Notes: generated by a model from the letters alone, not told the origin. A DNA stretch of 64,000 nt from Eledone cirrhosa (GCA_964016885.1 OZ024743.1:357988001-358052000), one strand, 5' to 3'. Shown: positions 17,454 through 29,333, counted from the first letter of the stretch. Numbers and translations: made by a program.

Positions 17454-19553
17454 ATGGCTACCAAAAAAAAAAAATTTCATACGTCACTCCCACTCATTCC
17501 GTCTTCTTCTTCCTCAATCATCACTACAGGAGAGAGAAGATTGTCTCTCTCCCTCCCTTCTTTAAATGTGTCTCTCTCCCTACCTTCTCTTTCGCAAGCG
17601 ACGAAAGAAAAGAAAAGTCTCGTGCAAAGCGTGCAAGGTTTCTCCACGACGACGACGACAGCGACGAAACAGGTGTGCGGGAAATACGAAAACCCAGTTC
17701 ATTCGTCTGACGTCAGGAATAATAGCAGTAGCAGCCGTAATAACAACAGCAACAGTGACAATGAAAACAACAGTAGCAGCCGCAACAGCATCACCAGCAG
17801 CATAAACAACAACAGCATTAGCAGCAGCAACACCAACAACAACCACAGCAACAGCGGCGGAGGCAGTAGTCGTAGTACCTGCAGCAACAACAAAAGTACC
17901 AGCAGCTCTGACGACAACAACAACAGCAGAGAAAAACCAATCTCATTTGCAGGTATTGCGAAAAACCTGGAAACAATCCTCATAACAAATGAGGAATTAG
18001 AGGAAGCGAAGAAGATGGTGACAAAGAACGGACACCGAGCAATCTGCAAGGCAGCGAAAAATTTTTTCGAAACCCAAGAGCACTGTACGGTCACGTACCG
18101 TACAGTAAGTACAAAATCCCGTAGGGTGGAAAGAGCCACAGAGGCCCAAATACAAAAAGCCTTGGGGTCTGTGTGGCAGAGGAAAACGCACATCACCCGA
18201 GGCAAAAAATACGCCACCGTAGACGTACTTTTTGCCACACCCCAGGAGGCAAAGGCCCAATCAGTAGTGACCCTAAGGAGCGAGGAAATGGTGTTGGTGC
18301 CCTCCTACTGCGGGCAAAAAATTGTGAGGGTCAAACTGACCCACGTCCCCCCCGGAATGACCCCTTCTTGGCTGGCCGCGTCTGTCCTCGTCGGAATCGA
18401 GGACAAAACAACTGTACTGCAAGTACAGAAAAAAGTAAGAGAAGATTGGGTCGGCTCCTCCATTGAGATGCTAATCCAAACCAACCAGGAGTGCATCGAA
18501 GCTATCCCGGATGTGATAGACTTCGATAACGGCACTCAACTGCCCATAAGTGTTGAGGGCAAACGCCCGAAATGCTTTCGCTGTGGATCGAAGACTCACC
18601 TCAGGGCCTTCTGCAACGAGAAGACCCTGAGAAAGGAGAAAACCCCCCTCCTCCCGAATCCGGTTCCACGGCTACCAGCAACAGGACAAGCGGCAACCAG
18701 GAACGATAGGTCCGTGGCACCCATACCCACTCCACGGAAATCAAAGACAGCAGCAGCAGTGGAAATATTAACAACAACAACAGCAATACCAAATGCAGCT
18801 GCAACAGAGACTCCAGTGCAAACATCACCAACAACAACAAGTGAAAGAGTGGAGCTGGTACCCCTCCCCGACCTTACAGAATCAGACATGGAGTGTGAGG
18901 TGGGAGAGGGATGGCAAAAGGTCTCAAGAAGGCACAAACGCAGAAGCAGCGCATCGTCGCCTTTGAAAAGGGAGGAAAGAAATGAGAAAAGGGTAAAGTC
19001 TACTGCAAAGAGACCCACAGCAGCAACACCACCAACACCATCACCACCCACACCAGCACCACCATCACCACCGGCGACAACCCCACCGCCAACAACACCT
19101 TCAACACCACCACCACAAGCACCAACATCGCAAACACAACAACAAAACACACACACCCAGCAACAACGACAAGAAAATAGCAGAACCACACCCCACCCCC
19201 AGAAAAACAAATGCACGGCAATAAACACACACAACAAGAAACTAATGACTTACATAATTGAACACACAGACATTTCACAACAGGACTACATAATACCAGC
19301 ACCAATCAAAACGCCAACTAACATAAGACTGCTAAAAATAGCACAGAAACAATACACAAACATTAAAACGAAATTCCCCAACGCAGTTGGTGATTTCAGG
19401 GACCTAGGAGGAACCATTAATCGAAGAGTATATTCAGACATTCTCTTAGAAGAGCCGACGACCAGCCGAAGGGACGATTCAACGGTCCCTTCACCAGACG
19501 ATCAAGTGAAAAGGGATGTAAAAACCATCCCTCCTCTACCAAAAATACGGTAA
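17454..19553 (+). CDS. ORF1 (699 aa)
   Basis: Near-identical to copy 2 ORF1. Confidence 0.9.
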   Translation: MATKKKKFHTSLPLIPSSSSSIITTGERRLSLSLPSLNVSLSLPSLSQATKEKKSLVQSVQGFSTTTTTATKQVCGKYENPVHSSDVRNNSSSSRNNNSNSDNENNSSSRNSITSSINNNSISSSNTNNNHSNSGGGSSRSTCSNNKSTSSSDDNNNSREKPISFAGIAKNLETILITNEELEEAKKMVTKNGHRAICKAAKNFFETQEHCTVTYRTVSTKSRRVERATEAQIQKALGSVWQRKTHITRGKKYATVDVLFATPQEAKAQSVVTLRSEEMVLVPSYCGQKIVRVKLTHVPPGMTPSWLAASVLVGIEDKTTVLQVQKKVREDWVGSSIEMLIQTNQECIEAIPDVIDFDNGTQLPISVEGKRPKCFRCGSKTHLRAFCNEKTLRKEKTPLLPNPVPRLPATGQAATRNDRSVAPIPTPRKSKTAAAVEILTTTTAIPNAAATETPVQTSPTTTSERVELVPLPDLTESDMECEVGEGWQKVSRRHKRRSSASSPLKREERNEKRVKSTAKRPTAATPPTPSPPTPAPPSPPATTPPPTTPSTPPPQAPTSQTQQQNTHTQQQRQENSRTTPHPQKNKCTAINTHNKKLMTYIIEHTDISQQDYIIPAPIKTPTNIRLLKIAQKQYTNIKTKFPNAVGDFRDLGGTINRRVYSDILLEEPTTSRRDDSTVPSPDDQVKRDVKTIPPLPKIR

Positions 19554-19588
19554 GTGGTCTTTCCCATCTTTTCCACTCTATTTTAAAC

Positions 19589-22500
19589 ATGACCTCACTC
19601 AGAATAGGCAGCATAAATGCGCGTGGCTTGGGGTCGTCATGGAAGCAGGGTCACCTGCTCAACGACCTCAGGTCACTAAACATAGATGTAGTGGCCATCA
19701 GCGAGACCAGAATCTCCGAAGCACGGGCCTTCGCACCGATCTTCGGCGGCTACGATGTGTACGCATCTCCCAGCCGTCCTGGATCGGGTGGAGGAGTTGC
19801 TGTGCTTTTTCGGAGAGGTTTGGATCTCGCCATACGGGCCATCTTCCTGGACCCAGAGGGTAAGCTGGTGGTGCTGGACGTGACCAGCGGAGACGGGCAA
19901 GCTTTCAGGCTAGTGGCCGTCTATGCCCCGACAGGAGCAGGGCGGCCTGATTTCTTCCGGCGTCTGGAGACCTTTCTTGGAACGTCGCGCTCTTTAGTGT
20001 TAGTGGGCGACTGGAACGGGATCTTAGATGCACGCTGGGACTGTGTGGGATTAGCGGATAGGGGTGGAGGGTGCAAGAGCCTCACCAACCTGCTCAGGCG
20101 TTTTGAACTGTCTGACAGGTACCGATTGGATTTCCCGAATGTGCCAATGTGGACTTGGACAAACCGCATAGGGTCATCCAGATCATATCTAGATAGAGTA
20201 TTTTGTAGGGAAATAGATAGGTCTAGCATAGGCTGTCCACAATTCAAGATAGTCAGCTACACGGACCACAAATTCGTGATCTGTGTGCTTGACTTAGATA
20301 GGCTTCATAGACGAGGACCCGGCTACTGGAAGCTAAACGCGTCCTTACCAGCGCGCAAGGCCTACAGAGACCGGATTAGCGAACTAGTTAAGCGGGCGTT
20401 GACGGGGGCCATCGTCAACAACAAGTGGTGGTTTGCTCTGAAAAGAGCGATTAGAATAGAATCGATTAGGTTTAGTAAGGCTTTAGCAATAGAGAAAAAT
20501 AGAGCAGAGGGAGAACTAGTTAGAAAATTAGACGAGGCGCTTAGCAAAGGCATTGCGACCGACGTGCTTGCGGCGAAATTGGCCCTTGACCAATTCTTCA
20601 ATGCAAAGCACGAAGGCTGCGTTGTCAGAGCTAGGGTGCGTGCTCTCAGACACGAGGGGACGAAAGCCGTTCAATGGGCCCGAGTGGCGGAGGCGCGTCG
20701 TGGCAACAAAGCCACGATCCGGTCTTTGGTGGACCACGACGGGCGCATGCTACTCGATCCCGGGCAAATGTGTGAAGCTTTTCAGCGACACTTCGCTCAG
20801 CTGTTCGGGGGCAGCGGGGGGCCGGGTAGAGGGATGGACTTTAGTGTCTACCTCGACGGGCTGCCGCGGCTCTCGGCCACTGAGGCGAGGTGTTGCGAAA
20901 AGCCGATAACAGCCGCTGAAGTACGGGAGGCAATGACTGGCTGCACAAGGGGTAAATCGCCTGGTTTGGATGGTCTGCCCTATGAACTTTACGTACAGAT
21001 GCCAGACTTGTTCGGAGGCCTCTTGGCGGACGTCTACTGCAACTGGCAACAGAACGGGAGAATTCCCAGTTCTGTGAGCCGAGGAGCGGTGGCACTGCTG
21101 AGAAAGGATCCGAACAAGGGGGATAACATAGACAATTTCCGGCCCATAACTCTGCTAAACACAGAGTTTAAGATTTTGGCCAAGGTGCTAGCAAAGAGGT
21201 TGGCGCTTGTCGTTGGTGGTCTGGTGGGAGAGGCGCAGACATGCGCCATTCCCGACAGATCCATCCACGACAACCTCCACCTCATGCGATACATCGTAGA
21301 GAGGGTAGCTAGGGAACCTGGCACGGGTGGGTCCTTGATCAATTTAGATCAGTCGAAAGCTTTCGATAGGGTCGACCATCGTTACCTAGCGGCAGTCCTG
21401 AGGGCGGCTGGCTTTGGGCCCGTCTTCAGAGGCTGGATCGCTGCCATGCACAGCGACATCTGCTCTGTGGTGAGAGTGAACGGTCACCTGTCGGAACCGT
21501 TCAACATCATGCGCTCGGTCCGCCAAGGATGTCCCCTCTCGTCCCTCTTGTACGTATTGACTCTCGAGCCATTACTGCACAAACTGGAGACGTTGAGGGG
21601 AGTCCCGCGCGAACTAGGATGCGGAAGATCCGTGTCAGCATATGCGGACGATGTCACCGTAGTGGTGTCGAACGCCAAACACATCGAGGCGATCGGCACT
21701 ACACTAAGAGAATACGAAGCGGTGACAGGAGCAATGATCAACCAGGAAAAGTCAGTGGGCCTGCAGCTCGGCACCTGGAGAGGCAGGTCCATGCCGTCCA
21801 ACAGCGTCGTCGGGCGCTGGACGGACGGACCGGTTAAATTGCTAGGGGTCTGGTTCGGTCCGGACCTCCAGACGGACAAAAACTGGGACGAGGTGACGAG
21901 CAGGGTGGCTTCTCTCACCCAGAAATGGGCGGAGAGGAAGCTATCCCTGAAAGGTCGAGCGGAGGTGGCTAACGCGTACATCGCGTCTGTCATCTGCTAC
22001 CGCCTAACCGTCGTACCTTGTCCTAAGCCTCGCCTGACTGCGCTGGAGCGTTTGCTCTTTCGCTTTTTGTGGAAGGGACGTGCTCCGATGGTCAGGCGGT
22101 CCATCTGTTGTCAACACCCGCTACGTGGAGGGCTGGGCATGCCGTGGCTGATGATGCGCAGGCACGCGCTCAGGCTACGACATCTCCACCTCTTCCTCGA
22201 CGGTGATCAGGTGTGGTCGCCGTTTGCTAGACGCGTTTTTCCCCAGCTCGTTTCCTTGACGGAGCTGCAGTCCTGGGTCAAGCGAAGACCGAGAGGGAGC
22301 GCCTGGAGACTGGAATGTCTTCAGGCGCTCACAGCCCTCGACCAATCGGGCAATGTGATCGGTGGAAACTCCACCTCGGCGTTCTATAGAGGATTAGTGG
22401 AGGGGAAGAGCGACGACGTACTTGGGGAAACTCTAGGCGTCGACGAAAATCAACTAGCCAATCTCTTCGGAAGAACTTTCGGGCCAGGGCCTATGGACAA

Positions 22501-23008
22501 CTTCCAGAAATCTCTGGCCTGGCAGTGCTACCGAGGAGCCTTGCCAGTTCGGGATAAACTCTACAGGCATGGAGGTGCCGTCAGCCGGGCATGTCCGAGA
22601 TGCGCGCAGGGCGACGAAACCGTCCTGCACGCACTCGTCCAGTGTCCGAAAATTGCTGACTTGTGGGTTTATGTCGAACACCTGCTGTCGCGTTTAGGAC
22701 GGATCCAGCTATCATCTGAGTCTATCGTGAGGATTGCCCCGCCCTCCTCCTTTAGCCGGGAAGGGCAGGCAGTTTTTATCTGTCTGGTGGCCATGGCGAA
22801 AGAGATAGTATGGTGGACACGTTTGAAAGGGCTGAAGACGAGCACTTACCTCTTCGGTGATGCTCTGATTGACTTTTTCAAATTTCATTTGAAAAGGAAA
22901 ATCAGAGTAGAGAGGGAAGTGCTCTCTTCCCAGCATTTTGTTGAAAGATGGGTGAGAGAAGCAAGAATGGCCCGAGTGAATGGGCCGACTCTGAGTATAT
23001 ATCTGTAA
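19589..23008 (+). CDS. ORF2 APE-RT-zinc finger (1139 aa)
   Basis: Motifs as in copy 1. Confidence 0.98.
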   Translation: MTSLRIGSINARGLGSSWKQGHLLNDLRSLNIDVVAISETRISEARAFAPIFGGYDVYASPSRPGSGGGVAVLFRRGLDLAIRAIFLDPEGKLVVLDVTSGDGQAFRLVAVYAPTGAGRPDFFRRLETFLGTSRSLVLVGDWNGILDARWDCVGLADRGGGCKSLTNLLRRFELSDRYRLDFPNVPMWTWTNRIGSSRSYLDRVFCREIDRSSIGCPQFKIVSYTDHKFVICVLDLDRLHRRGPGYWKLNASLPARKAYRDRISELVKRALTGAIVNNKWWFALKRAIRIESIRFSKALAIEKNRAEGELVRKLDEALSKGIATDVLAAKLALDQFFNAKHEGCVVRARVRALRHEGTKAVQWARVAEARRGNKATIRSLVDHDGRMLLDPGQMCEAFQRHFAQLFGGSGGPGRGMDFSVYLDGLPRLSATEARCCEKPITAAEVREAMTGCTRGKSPGLDGLPYELYVQMPDLFGGLLADVYCNWQQNGRIPSSVSRGAVALLRKDPNKGDNIDNFRPITLLNTEFKILAKVLAKRLALVVGGLVGEAQTCAIPDRSIHDNLHLMRYIVERVAREPGTGGSLINLDQSKAFDRVDHRYLAAVLRAAGFGPVFRGWIAAMHSDICSVVRVNGHLSEPFNIMRSVRQGCPLSSLLYVLTLEPLLHKLETLRGVPRELGCGRSVSAYADDVTVVVSNAKHIEAIGTTLREYEAVTGAMINQEKSVGLQLGTWRGRSMPSNSVVGRWTDGPVKLLGVWFGPDLQTDKNWDEVTSRVASLTQKWAERKLSLKGRAEVANAYIASVICYRLTVVPCPKPRLTALERLLFRFLWKGRAPMVRRSICCQHPLRGGLGMPWLMMRRHALRLRHLHLFLDGDQVWSPFARRVFPQLVSLTELQSWVKRRPRGSAWRLECLQALTALDQSGNVIGGNSTSAFYRGLVEGKSDDVLGETLGVDENQLANLFGRTFGPGPMDNFQKSLAWQCYRGALPVRDKLYRHGGAVSRACPRCAQGDETVLHALVQCPKIADLWVYVEHLLSRLGRIQLSSESIVRIAPPSSFSREGQAVFICLVAMAKEIVWWTRLKGLKTSTYLFGDALIDFFKFHLKRKIRVEREVLSSQHFVERWVREARMARVNGPTLSIYL

Positions 23009-23270
23009 ACTAAAGGTGGAAAACTGGGAGAGGGCACTTGCCTTGGTGGTCAGGGTCATTGTGGCTTTTTACTGGGCTTTCTCCACAAATGTCCCTCCGA
23101 AGTCTCCCCCCTATTGGGGAATTTTTCATTGTTATTTTCATTGTTATTTTTGTTACATCCTCTGTTTTTGTTTTTTTACACGCAGAAATGCCCATTTGTA
23201 CCGTCCTGCATTGTCCTGCACTGTCCTTAATGTCTACTTTATGTAAACCCTTGTGGTTAATAAAGAAATC

Positions 23271-23309
23271 ATTATTATTATTATTATTGTTATTATTATT
23301 ATTATTATT
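23271..23309 (+). repeat. Junction 4 tract (ATT)6 GTT (ATT)6
   Basis: Read directly. Confidence 0.95.
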
Positions 23310-23522
23310 GAATGCCATGGTTGACGGAGGCTCGGCTCTGTAAGGTATAGTAATTTTTAACCGTTAAAACAATTGTAAATTGTTTAAAACTTGAACCAAA
23401 TTGTTGATAAAGACACCCTCCTCCTCGTGAGAGGGGTCTTTCTGTCCGTTATTTGGCCCTTCGGGGTTAAATAGCCAGTTATTGGGGTTTTGTACCCAAA
23501 ATTTCATTTTAAACAAAAAAAC

Positions 23523-25616
23523 ATGGCTACCAAAAAAAAAAAATTTCATACGTCACTCCCACTCATTCCGTCTTCTTCTTCCTCAATCATCACTACAGGA
23601 GAGAGAAGATTGTCTCTCTCCCTCCCTTCTTTAAATGTGTCTCTCTCCCTACCTTCTCTTTCGCAAGCGACGAAAGAAAAGAAAAGTCTCGTGCAAAGCG
23701 TGCAAGGTTTCTCCACGACGACGACGACAGCGACGAAACAGGTGTGCGGGAAATACGAAAACCCAGTTCATTCGTCTGACGTCAGGAATAATAGCAGTAG
23801 CAGCCGTAATAACAACAGCAACAGTGACAATGAAAACAACAGTAGCAGCCGCAACAGCATCACCAGCAGCATAAACAACAACAGCATTAGCAGCAGCAAC
23901 ACCAACAACAACCACAGCAACAGCGGCGGAGGCAGTAGTCGTAGTACCTGCAGCAACAACAAAAGTACCAGCAGCTCTGACGACAACAACAACAGCAGAG
24001 AAAAACCAATCTCATTTGCAGGTATTGCGAAAAACCTGGAAACAATCCTCATAACAAATGAGGAATTAGAGGAAGCGAAGAAGATGGTGACAAAGAACGG
24101 ACACCGAGCAATCTGCAAGGCAGCGAAAAATTTTTTCGAAACCCAAGAGCACTGTACGGTCACGTACCGTACAGTAAGTACAAAATCCCGTAGGGTGGAA
24201 AGAGCCACAGAGGCCCAAATACAAAAAGCCTTGGGGTCTGTGTGGCAGAGGAAAACGCACATCACCCGAGGCAAAAAATACGCCACCGTAGACGTACTTT
24301 TTGCCACACCCCAGGAGGCAAAGGCCCAATCAGTAGTGACCCTAAGGAGCGAGGAAATGGTGTTGGTGCCCTCCTACTGCGGGCAAAAAATTGTGAGGGT
24401 CAAACTGACCCACGTCCCCCCCGGAATGACCCCTTCTTGGCTGGCCGCGTCTGTCCTCGTCGGAATCGAGGACAAAACAACTGTACTGCAAGTACAGAAA
24501 AAAGTAAGAGAAGATTGGGTCGGCTCCTCCATTGAGATGCTAATACAAACCAACCAGGAGTGCATCGAAGCTATCCCGGATGTGATAGACTTCGATAACG
24601 GCACTCAACTGCCCATAAGTGTTGAGGGCAAACGCCCGAAATGCTTTCGCTGTGGATCGAAGACTCACCTCAGGGCCTTCTGCAACGAGAAGACCATGAG
24701 AAAGGAGAAAACCCCCCTCCTCCCGAATCCGGTTCCACGGCTACCAGCAACAGGACAAGCGGCAACCAGGAACGATAGGTCCGTGGCACCCATACCCACT
24801 CCACGGAAATCAAAGACAGCAGCAGCAGTGGAAATATTAACAACAACAACAGCAATACCAAATGCAGCTGCAACAGAGACTCCAGTGCAAACATCACCAA
24901 CAACAACAAGTGAAAGAGTGGAGCTGGTACCCCTCCCCGACCTTACAGAATCAGACATGGAGTGTGAGGTGGGAGAGGGATGGCAAAAGGTCTCAAGAAG
25001 GCACAAACGCAGAAGCAGCGCATCGTCGCCTTTGAAAAGGGAGGAAAGAAATGAGAAAAGGGTAAAGTCTACTGCAAAGAGACCCACAGCAGCAACACCA
25101 CCAACACCATCACCACCCACACCAGCACCACCATCACCACCGGCGACAACCCCACCGCCAACAACACCTTCAACACCACAAGCACCAACATCGCAAACAC
25201 AACAACAAAACACACACACCCAGCAACAACGACAAGAAAATAGCAGAACCACACCCCACCCCCAGAAAAACAAATGCACGGCAATAAACACACACAACAA
25301 GAAACTAATGACTTACATAATTGAACACACAGACATTTCACAACAGGACTACATAATACCAGCACCAATCAAAACGCCAACTAACATAAGACTGCTAAAA
25401 ATAGCACAGAAACAATACACAAACATTAAAACGAAATTCCCCAACGCAGTTGGTGATTTCAGGGACCTAGGAGGAACCATTAATCGAAGAGTATATTCAG
25501 ACATTCTCTTAGAAGAGCCGACGACCAGCCGAAGGGACGATTCAACGGTCCCTTCACCAGACGATCAAGTGAAAAGGGATGTAAAAACCATCCCTCCTCT
25601 ACCAAAAATACGGTAA
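23523..25616 (+). CDS. ORF1 (697 aa, in-frame 6-bp deletion in Pro tract)
   Basis: Near-identical to copy 2 ORF1. Confidence 0.9.
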   Translation: MATKKKKFHTSLPLIPSSSSSIITTGERRLSLSLPSLNVSLSLPSLSQATKEKKSLVQSVQGFSTTTTTATKQVCGKYENPVHSSDVRNNSSSSRNNNSNSDNENNSSSRNSITSSINNNSISSSNTNNNHSNSGGGSSRSTCSNNKSTSSSDDNNNSREKPISFAGIAKNLETILITNEELEEAKKMVTKNGHRAICKAAKNFFETQEHCTVTYRTVSTKSRRVERATEAQIQKALGSVWQRKTHITRGKKYATVDVLFATPQEAKAQSVVTLRSEEMVLVPSYCGQKIVRVKLTHVPPGMTPSWLAASVLVGIEDKTTVLQVQKKVREDWVGSSIEMLIQTNQECIEAIPDVIDFDNGTQLPISVEGKRPKCFRCGSKTHLRAFCNEKTMRKEKTPLLPNPVPRLPATGQAATRNDRSVAPIPTPRKSKTAAAVEILTTTTAIPNAAATETPVQTSPTTTSERVELVPLPDLTESDMECEVGEGWQKVSRRHKRRSSASSPLKREERNEKRVKSTAKRPTAATPPTPSPPTPAPPSPPATTPPPTTPSTPQAPTSQTQQQNTHTQQQRQENSRTTPHPQKNKCTAINTHNKKLMTYIIEHTDISQQDYIIPAPIKTPTNIRLLKIAQKQYTNIKTKFPNAVGDFRDLGGTINRRVYSDILLEEPTTSRRDDSTVPSPDDQVKRDVKTIPPLPKIR

Positions 25617-25651
25617 GTGGTCTTTCCCATCTTTTCCACTCTATTTTAAAC

Positions 25652-28600
25652 ATGACCTCACTCAGAATAGGCAGCATAAATGCGCGTGGCTTGGGGTCGT
25701 CATGGAAGCAGGGTCACCTGCTCAACGACCTCAGGTCACTAAACATAGATGTAGTGGCCATCAGCGAGACCAGAATCTCCGAAGCACGGGCCTTCGCACC
25801 GATCTTCGGCGGCTACGATGTGTACGCATCTCCCAGCCGTCCTGGATCGGGTGGAGGAGTTGCTGTGCTTTTTCGGAGAGGTTTGGATCTCGCCATACGG
25901 GCCATCTTCCTGGACCCAGAGGGTAAGCTGGTGGTGCTGGACGTGACCAGCGGAGACGGGCAAGCTTTCAGGCTAGTGGCCGTCTATGCCCCGACAGGAG
26001 CAGGGCGGCCTGATTTCTTCCGGCGTCTGGAGACCTTTCTTGGAACGTCGCGCTCTTTAGTGTTAGTGGGCGACTGGAACGGGATCTTAGATGCACGCTG
26101 GGACTGTGTGGGATTAGCGGATAGGGGTGGAGGGTGCAAGAGCCTCACCAACCTGCTCAGGCGTTTTGAACTGTCTGACAGGTACCGATTGGATTTCCCG
26201 AATGTGCCAATGTGGACTTGGACAAACCGCATAGGGTCATCCAGATCATATCTAGATAGAGTATTTTGTAGGGAAATAGATAGGTCTAGCATAGGCTGTC
26301 CACAATTCAAGATAGTCAGCTACACGGACCACAAATTCGTGATCTGTGTGCTTGACTTAGATAGGCTTCATAGACGAGGACCCGGCTACTGGAAGCTAAA
26401 CGCGTCCTTACCAGCGCGCAAGGCCTACAGAGACCGGATTAGCGAACTAGTTAAGCGGGCGTTGACGGGGGCCATCGTCAACAACAAGTGGTGGTTTGCT
26501 CTGAAAAGAGCGATTAGAATAGAATCGATTAGGTTTAGTAAGGCTTTAGCAATAGAGAAAAATAGAGCAGAGGGAGAACTAGTTAGAAAATTAGACGAGG
26601 CGCTTAGCAAAGGCATTGCGACCGACGTGCTTGCGGCGAAATTGGCCCTTGACCAATTCTTCAATGCAAAGCACGAAGGCTGCGTTGTCAGAGCTAGGGT
26701 GCGTGCTCTCAGACACGAGGGGACGAAAGCCGTCCAATGGGCCCGAGTGGCGGAGGCGCGTCGTGGCAACAAAGCCACGATCCGGTCTTTGGTGGACCAC
26801 GACGGGCGCATGCTACTCGATCCCGGGCAAATGTGTGAAGCTTTTCAGCGACACTTCGCTCAGCTGTTCGGGGGCAGCGGGGGGCCGGGTAGAGGGATGG
26901 ACTTTAGTGTCTACCTCGACGGGCTGCCGCGGCTCTCAGCCACTGAGGCGAGGTGTTGCGAAAAGCCGATAACAGCCGCTGAAGTACGGGAGGCAATGAC
27001 TGGCTGCACAAGGGGTAAATCGCCTGGTTTGGATGGTCTGCCCTATGAACTTTACGTACAGATGCCAGACTTGTTCGGAGGCCTCTTGGCGGACGTCTAC
27101 TGCAACTGGCAACAGAACGGGAGAATTCCCAGTTCTGTGAGCCGAGGAGCGGTGGCACTGCTGAGAAAGGATCCGAACAAGGGGGATAACATAGACAATT
27201 TCCGGCCCATAACTCTGCTAAACACAGAGTTTAAGATTTTGGCCAAGGTGCTAGCAAAGAGGTTGGCGCTTGTCGTTGGTGGTCTGGTGGGAGAGGCGCA
27301 GACATGCGCCATTCCCGACAGATCCATCCACGACAACCTCCACCTCATGCGATACATCGTAGAGAGGGTAGCTAGGGAACCTGGCACGGGTGGGTCCTTG
27401 ATCAATTTAGATCAGTCGAAAGCTTTCGATAGGGTCGACCATCGTTACCTAGCGGCAGTCCTGAGGGCGGCTGGCTTTGGGCCCGTCTTCAGAGGCTGGA
27501 TCGCTGCCATGCACAGCGACATCTGCTCTGTGGTGAGAGTGAACGGTCACCTGTCGGAACCGTTCAACATCATGCGCTCGGTCCGCCAAGGATGTCCCCT
27601 CTCGTCCCTCTTGTACGTATTGACTCTCGAGCCATTACTGCACAAACTGGAGACGTTGAGGGGAGTCCCGCGCGAACTAGGATGCGGAAGATCCGTGTCA
27701 GCATATGCGGACGATGTCACCGTAGTGGTGTCGAACGCCAAACACATCGAGGCGATCGGCACTACACTAAGAGAATACGAAGCGGTGACAGGAGCAATGA
27801 TCAACCAGGAAAAGTCAGTGGGCCTGCAGCTCGGCACCTGGAGAGGCAGGTCCATGCCGTCCAACAGCGTCGTCGGGCGCTGGACGGACGGACCGGTTAA
27901 ATTGCTAGGGGTCTGGTTCGGTCCGGACCTCCAGACGGACAAAAACTGGGACGAGGTGACGAGCAGGGTGGCTTCTCTCACCCAGAAATGGGCGGAGAGG
28001 AAGCTATCCCTGAAAGGTCGAGCGGAGGTGGCTAACGCGTACATCGCGTCTGTCATCTGCTACCGCCTAACCGTCGTACCTTGTCCTAAGCCTCGCCTGA
28101 CTGCGCTGGAGCGTTTGCTCTTTCGCTTTTTGTGGAAGGGACGTGCTCCGATGGTCAGGCGGTCCATCTGTTGTCAACACCCGCTACGTGGAGGGCTGGG
28201 CATGCCGTGGCTGATGATGCGCAGGCACGCGCTCAGGCTACGACATCTCCACCTCTTCCTCGACGGTGATCAGGTGTGGTCGCCGTTTGCTAGACGCGTT
28301 TTTCCCCAGCTCGTTTCCTTGACGGAGCTGCAGTCCTGGGTCAAGCGAAGACCGAGAGGGAGCGCCTGGAGACTGGAATGTCTTCAGGCGCTCACAGCCC
28401 TCGACCAATCGGGCAATGTGATCGGTGGAAACTCCACCTCGGCGTTCTATAGAGGATTAGTGGAGGGGAAGAGCGACGACGTACTTGGGGAAACTCTAGG
28501 CGTCGACGAAAATCAACTAGCCAATCTCTTCGGAAGAACTTTCGGGCCAGGGCCTATGGACAACTTCCAGAAATCTCTGGCCTGGCAGTGCTACCGAGGA

Positions 28601-29071
28601 GCCTTGCCAGTTCGGGATAAACTCTACAGGCATGGAGGTGCCGTCAGCCGGGCATGTCCGAGATGCGCGCAGGGCGACGAAACCGTCCTGCACGCACTCG
28701 TCCAGTGTCCGAAAATTGCTGACTTGTGGGTTTATGTCGAACACCTGCTGTCGCGTTTAGGACGGATCCAGCTATCATCTGAGTCCATCGTGAGGATTGC
28801 CCCGCCCTCCTCCTTTAGCCGGGAAGGGCAGGCAGTTTTTATCTGTCTGGTGGCCATGGCGAAAGAGATAGTATGGTGGACACGTTTGAAAGGGCTGAAG
28901 ACGAGCACTTACCTCTTCGGTGATGCTCTGATTGACTTTTTCAAATTTCATTTGAAAAGGAAAATCAGAGTAGAGAGGGAAGTGCTCTCTTCCCAGCATT
29001 TTGTTGAAAGATGGGTGAGAGAAGCAAGAATGGCCCGAGTGAATGGGCCGACTCTGAGTATATATCTGTAA
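25652..29071 (+). CDS. ORF2 APE-RT-zinc finger (1139 aa)
   Basis: Motifs as in copy 1. Confidence 0.98.
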   Translation: MTSLRIGSINARGLGSSWKQGHLLNDLRSLNIDVVAISETRISEARAFAPIFGGYDVYASPSRPGSGGGVAVLFRRGLDLAIRAIFLDPEGKLVVLDVTSGDGQAFRLVAVYAPTGAGRPDFFRRLETFLGTSRSLVLVGDWNGILDARWDCVGLADRGGGCKSLTNLLRRFELSDRYRLDFPNVPMWTWTNRIGSSRSYLDRVFCREIDRSSIGCPQFKIVSYTDHKFVICVLDLDRLHRRGPGYWKLNASLPARKAYRDRISELVKRALTGAIVNNKWWFALKRAIRIESIRFSKALAIEKNRAEGELVRKLDEALSKGIATDVLAAKLALDQFFNAKHEGCVVRARVRALRHEGTKAVQWARVAEARRGNKATIRSLVDHDGRMLLDPGQMCEAFQRHFAQLFGGSGGPGRGMDFSVYLDGLPRLSATEARCCEKPITAAEVREAMTGCTRGKSPGLDGLPYELYVQMPDLFGGLLADVYCNWQQNGRIPSSVSRGAVALLRKDPNKGDNIDNFRPITLLNTEFKILAKVLAKRLALVVGGLVGEAQTCAIPDRSIHDNLHLMRYIVERVAREPGTGGSLINLDQSKAFDRVDHRYLAAVLRAAGFGPVFRGWIAAMHSDICSVVRVNGHLSEPFNIMRSVRQGCPLSSLLYVLTLEPLLHKLETLRGVPRELGCGRSVSAYADDVTVVVSNAKHIEAIGTTLREYEAVTGAMINQEKSVGLQLGTWRGRSMPSNSVVGRWTDGPVKLLGVWFGPDLQTDKNWDEVTSRVASLTQKWAERKLSLKGRAEVANAYIASVICYRLTVVPCPKPRLTALERLLFRFLWKGRAPMVRRSICCQHPLRGGLGMPWLMMRRHALRLRHLHLFLDGDQVWSPFARRVFPQLVSLTELQSWVKRRPRGSAWRLECLQALTALDQSGNVIGGNSTSAFYRGLVEGKSDDVLGETLGVDENQLANLFGRTFGPGPMDNFQKSLAWQCYRGALPVRDKLYRHGGAVSRACPRCAQGDETVLHALVQCPKIADLWVYVEHLLSRLGRIQLSSESIVRIAPPSSFSREGQAVFICLVAMAKEIVWWTRLKGLKTSTYLFGDALIDFFKFHLKRKIRVEREVLSSQHFVERWVREARMARVNGPTLSIYL

Positions 29072-29333
29072 ACTAAAGGTGGAAAACTGGGAGAGGGCAC
29101 TTGCCTTGGTGGTCAGGGTCATTGTGGCTTTTTACTGGGCTTTCTCCACAAATGTCCCTCCGAAGTCTCCCCCCTATTGGGGAATTTTTCATTGTTATTT
29201 TCATTGTTATTTTTGTTACATCCTCTGTTTTTGTTTTTTTACACGCAGAAATGCCCATTTGTACCGTCCTGCATTGTCCTGCACTGTCCTTAATGTCTAC
29301 TTTATGTAAACCCTTGTGGTTAATAAAGAAATC

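Larger units (their letters stand above)
17241..23309 (+). mobile_element. Tx1/L1-like non-LTR retrotransposon, copy 4 (full length)
   Basis: Same organisation as copy 2. Confidence 0.95.
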